DNA of 64,000 bases. Origin: Malacoraja senta. Taxonomy: Eukaryota. This document shows positions 24,460 to 35,904 of the stretch, piece by piece; the stretch's first letter is position 1, and each line of letters opens with the position of its first letter. The notes under the pieces are model-generated. The model saw nothing but the letters and a program-made list of their open reading frames with translations, ran no database searches and had not been told where the DNA came from. Both the position numbers and the translations under genes were made by a program. The stretch is taken from positions 312,232,001 to 312,296,000 of the forward strand of contig CM075977.1 of the NCBI GenBank assembly GCA_038087875.1, in the 5' to 3' direction.

Positions 24460-24912
24460 GCTGCTATAATTTCACAAATTGAACACAATACTCTAAATGT
24501 GGCCTCACCAATGTTTTATATAGTTGCTGCACCTCCCAACTTCTATACTCAATACTCTGACTCATGCAACACAATGTGCTGAAATACTTTTTGACCACCA
24601 TATTTACCTGTGATGCCACATTCAAGAAACTATGTACCTGCACTCCCAGATCCCTCTGCTCTATAACATTCCCCAGAGCTCTGCCATTTACTGTGCAGGT
24701 TATGCCCATGGTAGACTTTCCAAAATGCAACACCTCACATTCGTCTGTATTAAATTCCATCAACCTTCTACAGCCCACCCACCCACCTGTTATTGGAAAG
24801 TTGTTGTTAAGTTAGAAAGGGTGCAGAGAGGATTTACGAGGATGTTGCCAGGACTCAAGGGCCCGAGCTGCAGGGAGAGGTTGAACAGGCTAGGGCTTTA
24901 CTCCTTGGAGTT
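24460..24912. mobile_element. CR1 fragment with an internal inversion (minus arm 24460-24775, plus arm 24785-24912)
   Basis: The minus arm ends at [10 protein letters not shown] and the plus arm begins at the next codons (PxCYWKVVVKLERVQR). Confidence 0.75.
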
Positions 24913-25184
24913 AAGGTCAAAGTTCAGATTGGTCCCATAACATTTGAAATCTGGAGTTCCACTCCTAGAAGCCCAAAAAACTGTTGGTTTCCCTGCTTGA
25001 TTATCAATAAGGATATCATACGAGTCTCACAGATGGCTGAAATACAACATTGAATATCCTGATTTATGTTTTTTAAGTTGTCCCATTATACAGGGGCAAT
25101 ATCCATCAGCAAAACTGCATTTTTTAGCCACCTCCAGCTGATAGGCCTCCTCAAATGTGCCCATGCTGATGTGGCACCCTCTGA

Positions 25185-26135
25185 ATAGGTGGAAGGGCAG
25201 GTAGAGAAAGCAGGGACTCTGCAGATGGACTTGGACAGATTGGGAGAGTGGGCAGAGAAGTGGCAGATGGAATATAGTGTAGCAAAATGTGGAGTCATGC
25301 ATTTTGGCAGTAGGAATAAATGGGTAGCCTATTTTCTAAATAGGGAGACAATCCAGAAATCTGAGGTGCAAAGGGACTTGGGAGTGCTGGTGCAGGATTC
25401 CCAAAAAGTTAATCTGCAAATCGAATCGGTAGTAAAGAAAGCAAACTCAATGCTAGCATTTATTTAAAGAGGGCTTGTATAGAAAAACAGGGACGTAATG
25501 CTGAGGCTCTATAAGGCGCTGGTCAGGCCGCATTTGGAATATTGTGAGCAATTTTGGGCACCATCTCTGAGGAACGATGTGCTGTCTCTGGAGAGGGTCC
25601 AGAGGAAGTTTACAAGAATGATCCCAGAAATGAGTAGGTTAACCTATGATGAGCATTTGTCAGCACTGGGCCTGAACTCGCTGGAGTTTAAAAGAATGAG
25701 GGGGGACCGCATTGAAACATACAGAATAGTGAAAGGCTTGGATAGAGAGGATGTTTCCATTAGTGGGAGAGTCTAGGACTAGAGGTCATAGCCTCAGAAT
25801 TAAAGGGATTTTTGTTCGGAAGGAGATGAGGAGAAATTTATTTAGTCAGAGTATGGTCAATCTGTGGAATTCTTTGCCACAGAAAGCTGCAGAGGCTAAA
25901 TCAGTGGATATTTTTAAGGCAAAGATAATAGACTCTTGATTAGTACAGGTGTCAGAGGTTATGGGGAGAGGCAGGAGAATGTGGTTAGGAGGGAGAGAGA
26001 TCAGCCATGATTGGATGGCGGAGTAGACATGATAATAGACAATAGACAAAGGTGCAGGAGTAGGCCCTTCGGCCCTTCGATGGGCCGAATGGCCTAATTC
26101 TATTCCTATCACTTATGATCTTATGACCTTATGAC
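25185..26135 (+). mobile_element. CR1 LINE 3' portion
   Basis: [37 protein letters not shown] and the CR1 tail. Confidence 0.9.
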
Positions 26136-26388
26136 CTCTGTTCTTATACTGATTACTTACTTCCTCCTGAACTCGACATCCGAGAGTGAACTTCTCATGG
26201 AATCCGTTCACTCTCGGATGTAAACCTGCAATAAATACTCTGAACTCTACAGGGTATTTTCTCATAAAACTCTTTATTCATCTTTGTTCCATGATACAGA
26301 CCACATTTATTTACAGAAAGATGTTTACAGAAAAATTCGATATCTAGCCCACTACAGTGGCATCACCTGCAAATTGATTATAGATTGA

Positions 26389-27313
26389 AGGTAGACACAA
26401 AATGCAGAAGTAACTCAGCGGGACAGGCAGCATCTCTAGAGAGAAGGAATGGGTGACGTTTCGGGTTGAGACCCTTCTTCAGACTGATGTCAGGGGAGTG
26501 GGTGGGACAGAGATAGAATGTAGTTGGAGACAGTATGACTGGTGGGAGAACTAGGAAGGGGGGGTGGGGGATGGAGAGAGAGGGAAAGCAAGGGCTACTT
26601 GAAATTAGAGAAGTCAATGTTCATACCGCTGGGCTGTAAGCTACCCAAGCGGAATATGAGGTGCTGTTCCTCCTATTTGCGCTGGGCCTCACTCTGGCAA
26701 TGGAGGAGGCCCACGACAGAAAGGTCAGATTGGGAATGGGAGGGGGTGTCGAAGTGCTGAGCAACCGGTAGATCAAGTAGGTTAAGGCGGACTGAGCGGA
26801 GGTGTTCAGCGAAACGATCACTGAACCTGTGCTTGGTCTCGCCGATATACCGGAGTTGACACCTGGAACAGCGGATACAGTAGATGAGGTTGGAGGAGGT
26901 GCAAGTGAACCTCTGCCTCACCTGGAAAGACTGTTGGTGTCCTTGGATGGAGTTGAGGGGGGAGGTAAAGCGACAGGTGTGTTGCAGGGGAAAGTACCTG
27001 TGGAGGGGGTGGTTTGGGTGGGAAGGGACGAGTTGACCAGGGAGTTGCGGAGGGAATGGTCTTTGCGGAAAGCAGAAAGGGGTAGAGATGGGGAAATGTG
27101 GCCAGTAATGGAATCCCGTTGTAGGTGGCGAAAATGTTGGATGTGACAGCTAATGGGGTGGAAGGTGAGGACAAGTGGGACTCTGTCCTTGTTATGAATG
27201 GGGGGGGGAGGGGAGCAAGAGCGGAGCTGTGGGATATCGAACAGACCATAGTGAGAACCTCATCTATAATGGAAGAGGGGAAACCCCGTTCCCTTAAAAA
27301 TGAGGACATCTCC
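26389..27313 (-). mobile_element. Penelope-like retroelement 3' part (GIY-YIG endonuclease plus pLTR) with a 13-bp TSD, inserted in a Rex1 remnant
   Basis: FTCTSSNLIYCIRCSRCQLRYIGETKHRFSDRFAEH..PVAQHF (PLE GIY-YIG) and FLRERGFP. TSD GATTATAGATTGA at 26376-26388 and 27314-27326. Confidence 0.9.
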
Positions 27314-27772
27314 GATTATAGATTGAGTTGGATTGGCATTTGGCAGCATAATCATGAGTGTATAAGGAGTATAATAGGGGGCTGAGAACGCATCCTTGCG
27401 AGGCACCAGTGTTGAGAATTACCATGGAGGATGATTTGTCACCTGTCCTCTGATTGTGGTCTGTGGGCCAGGAAGTTGAGGATTCAGTTGCAGATGTGAT
27501 CATGCAAGCTCCATGATTTTGGAGCTGAGCTTAGTTGAGATAACGGTGTTGAAAGCAGTGACATGGTTGATGAATAGTAGTCTGACAGAGGTGTCCTTTT
27601 TAACCAACTGTTCCAGAGATGAATGTCGGGCCAGGGAGATGGCATCAGCCATGGACCTGTTGTGGCGGTAGGCCAACTGCAGTGGATGAAGGCTGCTTGG
27701 TAGGTTAGAGTTAATGTGTGCCATAATCAGCCTCTCGAAGCACTTCATGATGGTGGACGTCAAGGCCACTCA
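27314..27772 (-). mobile_element. Rex1/Babar RT fragment (continues at ~26345-26388 on the other side of the Penelope insert)
   Basis: [42 protein letters not shown]. Confidence 0.85.
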
Positions 27773-29677
27773 GCTTCATCAGTCCATTTGTTAATGGTGG
27801 CTCTGTTCATCACGTTCTTTTCCTTCCCCTTTAACTACTGACACAGCGATATTTTACCCAACCCAAATTGATCACTTTCAATCTAGAAATTTTCAACTGA
27901 TGCAAATTTCATAGACTTTTTGTGAAAAGTCTCTTCTTGATTTCTCTCCCAATGGGCTGGGTCTAATTTTAAGAACATGACCCATTGTTCTTGATTTTGG
28001 CTACAGAGGAAATGACATCTGTTTTATCGCACATATTTCATACTTTAAATATTCTTGTAAAGGTGTTTCTGTAAGAATGGTCGACATTACTTTATTCACC
28101 AAAGGTACTAAAGTTGTTAGCCTATAAAACTACATCTGAAATTTATGCACGTACCACCAAGGATATGAGTTCCAGATTTCTCACTTTTATTATCCTTTTT
28201 GTTATGTTATTGTTTTAAGATTCTTTTGCTGTCTTAAAACACTCAAAGGATTCCCAAAATGTTTGAACAGGTTGTCAAAACAAAGCTAAATCCGATCCTG
28301 ACAGATGACATTCCAAAACAAGAAAATAGGAATGTTTTGGAAACGTTACTAATGACAATGTTATTAAAATGTTTCTTTTCAGGTCACCAGATTGATGGAT
28401 CCATACCACTTGCAGTCAGCAAAGTGCCCCTTTCAGAATAAAGTAGTTTTCCTATAACCCTTGAAGGTGATAATTTGACAATTGAATGAGCTCTGATAGA
28501 GAAATGTATGTTTTGGACTGGTAGTTGTTTACATGTATAATTGCCAGATTTTCAGTGTTCTGAAGATGGGATGTGTAAGGAGGTCCAATACTTCAAAAGA
28601 AGGTGAAAGGAACAAAATCAAATGTCTGAAACAATCCCACATCTCATTGGAAGTTCAGGAGACTGCTGCTGCTACTTCACAAAGCTTTCACATCCATGAA
28701 GTTGGAAAGTTGCTCAAAAGAGGTATTTGACAATATAGGAGAGCTCATAAGGTAATAAGGAATCGGAGTAGAATTTGGCTATTCGGCCCATCAAGTCTAC
28801 TCCGCCATTCAAACATGGCTGATCTATCTCTTTCTCCTAAGACATGCCCTTCAGCCAAAGAGTTTTCTCCTAAGCTGCTAGAAATGTATGCAGGGACTGA
28901 AAACTTGCTGTTATAAAATGATGAGCTCATGTGCAATGAGCAATGCTATCTCTTCAACATCTTTAGCTTAGCTTAAGGATAGTTTTATCATGAAGATTGG
29001 CAGATAAACTTACACATAATGGTGATTAAGCATCACACTTTTCAAATTTAATTTTTTTTTCTTCTATTAGATTTAAGCAATTTAAGCAATGGTTAGGCAA
29101 TATTGTTGGCCTTGGCAAGTTGATTCATAGGACCTGATATGAAAATATCTTCTCTAGATGCACCTAATAAAGCGCAGACCCCCGGGGCCAACGATTGGGG
29201 GTAATGCGAAACAGTGGAGCACTGGGACTAATCAGGTGGATCTTTCAAATTTGTGTTTGGTTGCCATTTCTAAATGCATATCTGACAAAACACCACGTGT
29301 TGAAGATAATTCCCTTCACAGTTCCACAATGCAGAGGCGACTATAAACAATCGCCGATATTTACACGACTCAAGGTACATATTGCTCCGCATGAATCTAC
29401 GATGATCTTGCTTCAATGTGCACAACAGCAATTTTACAGAGTTATTCCATTCCACCAATCAGCTGCCATATGTAATTTATTTAACGTCAGTGTTGGTCAC
29501 TGAGCATATCATAAGCATGTTGAAGCTTTAGTTATCTGGGAAGATTAGATGGACACTGGAAGGCAGCCCTTTCAGGGTCTTAATGATCTTTGTTTGTTCC
29601 ACTGTAGCTTTAAGAGTTAAAAGAAGAGTTCTGGTGCATAAAGATTTTATCGCGGTTTTGAAGATTATATAGCGATT

Positions 29678-29925
29678 TGGCACAGTGGTGCAGCACCAGA
29701 GACCCAGGTTCAAACCTACAGACTACGGGTGCTCCGTATAGAGTTTGTACGTTCTCCCTGTGACCACGTGGGTTTTCTCTGGGTGCTCTGGTTTCCTCCC
29801 ACATTCCAAGGACATGCAGGTTTGTAGGTTGATTGGCTTCTGGAAATTGTCCCTTCTGTGGACGATAGTGCTAATGTATGGGGATTGCTGGTTAGCGCGT
29901 ATTACGCTCTATCTCTAAAACCTAA
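29678..29925 (+). mobile_element. HE1-type SINE (degenerate)
   Basis: Same head, V-domain and tail as 18919-19226. Confidence 0.8.
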
Positions 29926-30879
29926 AAGTAATGATTATTTTAAAATGAAATAATGCAGAGGTGTTAGGATACGTCAAGATTTTCAATGTTTCTAAATGTC
30001 TTTAATTTTTAATACATTAAAAAAAATTGAAATGAAATAAACACCTTGTTATCCATTTTGGTCTCTGATGAAATCCACACACCCTATGGCACCTTCCTAT
30101 TATTTTCAGATTCATTAAAAAAAAATTAAAAAATGTATCTGTCTTCATTTATGTTAACTCCTAATCTTTTGTGGAATCCCCTCTTTGCTCATGTTTCGTT
30201 TTTCAGTTCTCCTCTGCAATCGTTACACCCATCTTGATTCCCTACAGAATTCAGAAGCCAACATTTTTTCTCAGGCACGGTTTCCTGTTTTAGTTTAATC
30301 TGTAAATCATTAGTTATCTGTTACTGCCACACTTCCTATCCCTTTCCAGCTATCTTCTTTTTACAAGCCTATCACTGCTCACATTCATCTACTTGACAGA
30401 TATTAATGCCAATCCCATTTGGGTCAGAACCCTTTTCTCTGAACTTGGAAACTCGCTGAACATGTCTAGTAGAATAATTTCACATCTGACTAAACCTTGT
30501 TTTTATTTTATAACTGTTCTTGACTTAATTATAGCATAATCACTGTTAATTATAGCGTAAACACATAAATACTCTTTCCTTGAAACATGCTTTACTTGCC
30601 TCTGAATTAGTTACAGATTTGCACACCACAGACAGGGCCTTCATCCCACCACATCCATGTTGACCTTTTTACTCATCTACACTAATCCCACTTGCATGCA
30701 TTTGTGCCGTATCGTCTTGCGTCGTGCCTATTTAAGTGTCTGTCTAAATTATTCTCAAATGTGGTAATTGAATTTGATTGCACCATTTCCTCTACATTCC
30801 TGATATCTACCACAAAGCAAAAAAGGTACCTTAAGATCTCCTTTGAATCTCCTACCTCCCACTTTTAAACGATGTCCTT

Positions 30880-32815
30880 TGTTTTTGACTGTCCTCCCTA
30901 AATTCTATCAACATGTGCAATGCCCCACAAGAGGTAAAAACATACTGGAACATGTTTATAGCAACATCAAACATGGGTACAAAGCATCGCCTCTCCCCCA
31001 GCTGGGCCAATCTGACCACATCTCCCTATTTTTAACTCAAGCATATAGACCACTCATCAATATGGTCAAACCAGCTGCTAGGGACATTCAAGTGTGGCCT
31101 GAGGGAGCTTCTGGGCAATTACAGGACTGCTTTAACTGAAGCGACTGGGACTTGTTTGAGGATGAGGACATTGACACCTACACCTCCATTGTACTCTTTT
31201 ACATAAAAAGCTGTGTAGACAATGTCACTAACATTAAACGCTGCAGGCCCCGATGGCATCTCAGGGCGAGTACTTAAGTCCTGTGCTACGCAGCTAGCTC
31301 CGGTGCTCACTACAATATTCAACCTCTCCCTGGACAAGTCCGTGGTCCCTGCCTGCTTCAAAAAATCCATAATTGTACAGGTACCTGAAAATGCCTCCCC
31401 AGCTTGTCTGAATGACTACCGTCCGGTGGCCCTCCCCTCGGTAGTCATGAAATGCTTTGAGAGGCTGGTGAAACACATCTGCGCCTTCCTCCCTCGCAAC
31501 ATGGACCCGCTACAATTCGCATACCATCCGAACAGATCCACGGACGATGCGGTCTCACAGGTTTTGCACACCGCTCTCTCTCATCTAGACAGCCAGAAGG
31601 GGCGCTATGTGAGGATGCTGTTCATAGACTTCAGTTCAGCCTTCAATACGATGGTCCCCACCAGACTGGCCGAGAAGCTACTGGAATTAGGGCTCAACAC
31701 CCCCCTGTGTGCGTTGGCCCTGGACTCTCTCACCGCCAGTCCCGAGGTAGTCAAGATGGGAGGGAATACATCGAAGTCCCTCACCTTGAGCACAGGATCC
31801 CCCCAGGGTTGCGTCCTCAGCCCCCTACTGTACTCCCTGTACACAAATGACTGTGTGGCCAGGTTCAGCTCCAACTCGATAATCAAGTTTGCTGATGACA
31901 CTGTGATGGTGGGCCTGATCTCAGACAACGATGAGAAGGCCTACCGGGAGGAGGTGGCTGATCTGGCACTCTGGTGTCAGGACAACAGCCTCCTCTTGAA
32001 CATCAAAAAAGCTAAGGAGCTGATCGTGGACTTTAGGAGGGCTCATCATCCGAGGACGTACACACCATTGAAGATAAATGGGGATACTGTGGATAGGGTG
32101 AGCTGCTTTAAATACCTGGGAGTCCACATCTCTGAGGACATGACATGGACATCACACGCTGCTGCACTCGTGAGTAAGGCAAGCAGCGCCTTTACCACCT
32201 CAGGCAATTGAGGAAATTCAGAGTGTTTCCGAGGATCCTCCAGTGCTGTTACTCAGCAGCTGTGGAAAGCATCTTGTCCGGAAATATCACAATCTGGTTT
32301 GGGAATTGCTCTGCCCAGGACAAGAAGGCTCTGCAGAGAGTAATGCGTTCGGCCGAACGCACTATGGGAACTACACTCGCCCCTCTGCAGGAACTATACA
32401 TCAGGAGGTGCAACTCCAGAGCCAATAAGATCATGGGACAACCCTTCCACCGCTGCAACGGACTGTTCCAGCTGCTACGGTCAGGCAAACGCCTCCGTTA
32501 CCATGCTGTGAGAACGGAGAGGTTGAGAAGGAGTTTCTTCCCAGAGGCCATTAGGACTGTAAACTCCTATCTCACCAGGGACTATCTTTACTGGACCATT
32601 CTACTGGGTTTTTTTAATTGCTGTTTTTTTTTCCCTTTTTCCTTCTGCCCACAATATTTAATATGTAAAAGTATGTGATTCTGTTCCATTCTGTTTGTAG
32701 TTTGTTTGTTTGTTTGTTTGTTTGTTTTTTGCACAAAGTCCGCGAGCATTGCCACTTTTTATTTCACTGCACATCTCGTATGTGTATGTGACGAATAAAC
32801 TTGACTTGCCTTGCC
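30880..32815 (+). mobile_element. Rex1/Babar LINE: endonuclease-end fragment (30880-31236) abutting a young RT-to-3' segment (31237-32815)
   Basis: CPTRG..GQSDH (APE end); [43 protein letters not shown]. One frameshift at ~32185. AATAAA and a (CTTGA)n tail. Confidence 0.92.
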
Positions 32816-32849
32816 TGCGGAAGGCATCACACATACTAAAGGTTTAACA

Positions 32850-32972
32850 AGGAACTGCAATGATGGAAAATCGAAGGTAGACAAAAATGCTGGAGAAACT
32901 CAGCGGGTGAGGCAGCATCTATGGAGCGAAGGAAATAGGCAACGTTTCGGGTCGAGACCCTTCTTCAGACTT
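32850..32972 (-). mobile_element. Penelope pLTR-derived repeat with an intact hammerhead-like core
   Basis: The minus strand reads GT-CTGAAGA-A-GGGTCTCGACCC-GAAA-CGTTGCC. Confidence 0.75.
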
Positions 32973-34139
32973 CAGACGCATACGAAAGGACTCATCTCAT
33001 CCCGCACATCACTTGTTTCCCCTTCTGCCCTCAGGAAAGCGTTACAGGTCCATCACATCACACACCACAAGATTAACAAACAGTTTCTACCCCAAGGCCA
33101 TCACCACTCTGAACTCTGCACTGAACACACACCCCCCCCCATAGCCAATATTTTGTACTGCTACAACACTATACTGTGAAATATTACACATTCTGACGAC
33201 TCAATGTTTTTCTTGTCGTTTGTGTTGTTTCCATTGTCGTTATTATTTATCTGATACGTTGGAGCTTCACTCGGGCAGTGCGCCTGAAATTTCGTTATAT
33301 GCATTTACAATGACAATAAAGTGTATTATTGTTATTATTATTGTTGCTTTTGATATTAGATCCGATACCAATATTGAATGTTCAAAATGTGCTGATCAAA
33401 AACGTTTTTTGGTTTACATTTTAGAAAGTCCATTCCCTTCTTTCCTATTCTATATTAACACATATCTAAAAGCCTCACATTATCACTGCTTGAAATTTCT
33501 TATATTTTCTTGCAATTTGTCCAAAAGGTTAATTCCATTTGATGTTCTTAATGTGCATCTAACAACATCATACATCTTCAAGTTTCTTCGTTCAAACCAA
33601 ATATACAGCCTTAAAATTCTCAGGGCCATTCACTTTTTCTTGTGCCCTGGTTGTGAATTTGATCAATACCCATTGTCCTCTTTTCCCTTGTGTGAAAATA
33701 ATATCCAGAAATATTAATATGGTAATGTTTTACCATATTCAGATCAAGGCTTTGTTATTGCTACTCTTGTAATCTCATGGGTTTTAAACCCATCATATAT
33801 CATGCTCTGGCCATTTATGTTCATTCACACTCTCCTTACATGGTATTTCCACCTTTGTTGATCTATTTTATGCTATTGTATCAAAAAGACAGCATTCCAT
33901 TGAGCCAACCTAATCACCAATGTTATCAAAATATAAATCTAAAGATTTCGAGAAACAGGTTGAGTTGTAAAACAAAGGCATTTTTAAAGTGATGCAATCC
34001 AAATGTTTAGAAAGAAAATCAATTTTCTTATAATTCTCTATTTCGTTAATGTGAATTAATAGTTCTAAAACATGGTACTTAAGCGGAGCAACCAATAAGA
34101 AAAGATCACCAAGAAGTGTCACTTTGCAATGGTAACTTT

Positions 34140-34440
34140 ATCCACTGGCATCTGCAGTTCATTTACTGGGTGACTAAGTGCTGATTTTTCCATACTTATC
34201 CAAAAGCCTAAGGAGGAACTGACACAGCATTCCGTCATCTTCTAGCACCTCGTGCAGGTCAGAGGGGTTAGATAAACAACTTCCTGCAGCTGCCGGTACA
34301 TCTGGCACACGACTTGTGGAGATGGAGGGTGTGCAGCCGCAAGATAAACACAATCTGTTGCCTTCAGAGATGCTCCAAGAACTGATAAGTTCAGTTTGAA
34401 CTTGACCTGCCAAAAAAAAAAAAATAAGGTGATAAGAACA
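34140..34440. promoter_or_regulatory. Candidate GATA/FOX/ETS/E-box enhancer (haemato-endothelial type)
   Basis: AGATAAACAACTTCCTGCAGCTG (34270-34292), AGATAAACACAAT (34342-34354), further GATA sites (CTTATC ~34195, TGATAA ~34383 and ~34430) and CATCTG E-boxes in apparently non-repetitive DNA. Motif evidence only. Confidence 0.4.
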
Positions 34441-34792
34441 AGATTATGGATAAAATATCTGCTAACCGATTCTTCTTTGAAGTTCTTTATGTAGTGATAT
34501 AACAGAAATGGTCTGTATTCAAGTTAACCATTTAAAACATCATAGTTTGCTACATTATTATGTACATAAAAATTGGTTAATGATCCATGATTAATGATTG
34601 ATAAATTAAGTAGGCTGTGTTATAGACAATCTCCTTGTCTGTTTCCTCATAGATTAGCCATCTTGAAGAGCAGACTTTGAACAACTATTATTCATTAGTT
34701 GTAAAATCAAAGTGAATTTAGTCCATTCATTTCAGGCTCACGATAAAACAACTGTGAGCTATTACTATTGACATCTTGCTGATAAACCTCAT

Positions 34793-35093
34793 TTTAGTTT
34801 AGTTTAGTTTAAAGAGACAGCATGGAAACAGGCCCTTGGGCCCAACGAGATTGCATCAGCAATCATCCATACATTAGTTCTATCCTACACACTAAGGACA
34901 ATTTACAGAAGCCAATTAACTTACAAACCTGCACGTCTTTGGAATGTGGTAAGAAACTGGAGCACCCTGAGAAAACCCACATGGTCACAGGGAGAAAGTA
35001 CAAACTATATAGTCAGCACATGTGGTCAGGATCAAATGCGGGTCGATGGCGCTGTAAGTCAGCAACTCTACCCGCTGTGCCACTGTGCCGCTC
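34793..35093 (-). mobile_element. HE1-type SINE
   Basis: Reverse complement of the SINE family, with (GTTTA)n on the + strand. Confidence 0.85.
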
Positions 35094-35159
35094 CCAATCT
35101 ACCTATGATTTCTTTCATTGTCTTTATTTCATCTTTTTGAGTTCACACTCATCAACCGG

Positions 35160-35570
35160 AGTTTAGAAGGATGAGAGGATATCTCATTGTTAAGATTGTT
35201 AAGGGTTTGGACACGCTAGAGGCAGGAAACATATTCCCGATGTTGGGAGAGTCCAGAACCAGGGGCCACAGTTTAAGAATAAGGAGTAAGCCATTTAGAA
35301 CGGAGACAAGGAAACACTTTTTCTCACAGAGAGTGGTGAGTCTGTCGAATTCTCTGCCTCAGAGGGCGGTGGAGGCAGGTTCTCTGGATGCTTTCCAAGA
35401 GAGAGCTAGATAGGGCTCTTAAAAATAGCAGAGTCAGGGGATATGGGGAGAAGGCAGGAACGGGGTACTGATTGGGGATGATCAGCCATGATCACATTGA
35501 ATGGCGGTGCTGGCCCGAAGGCCCGAATGGCCTACTCCTGCACCTATTGTCTATTGTCTATTGTCTATAT
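35160..35570 (+). mobile_element. CR1 3' end
   Basis: RTRGHSLRIR..FFSQRVV and the tail. Confidence 0.85.
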
Positions 35571-35904
35571 CTCCTTCCTCCTTAAAACCTGCCTATTTGA
35601 CCATGCTTTGCTTCTGTGTCATAATATAGTATTAGGCTGCCAATTTACTGACCCCTCCGGTGAAGTGGCACACAACGCTGGGCTTAATGATTAGAAACAT
35701 AGATCATGAAAGCAGGGCTTCTCTGCTGAACCTATATAAAATACAGGCCTGACCTCAAATCAAGTACCTCAAACCAATTCTGGTTGGCACATACAGGAGA
35801 ACTGTAAAGACAATAGAGAATGACAAGAATGCTCTCAGATCAAGGGACTACTTTTACAAGGATGCATTAGAGAGGGTATATGGTTACTCTCTTTGGAGAA
35901 GTGA

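Noticed and set aside
33220-33717. 165-aa ORF
   Set aside because: AT-rich composition, no recognisable domain, non-ATG start, and it begins inside a LINE 3' tail.
34174-34413. Minus-strand exon candidate (polypyrimidine tract + CAG acceptor near 34408)
   Set aside because: The translation resembles no protein I recognise and has no partner exons. A non-coding exon cannot be excluded.
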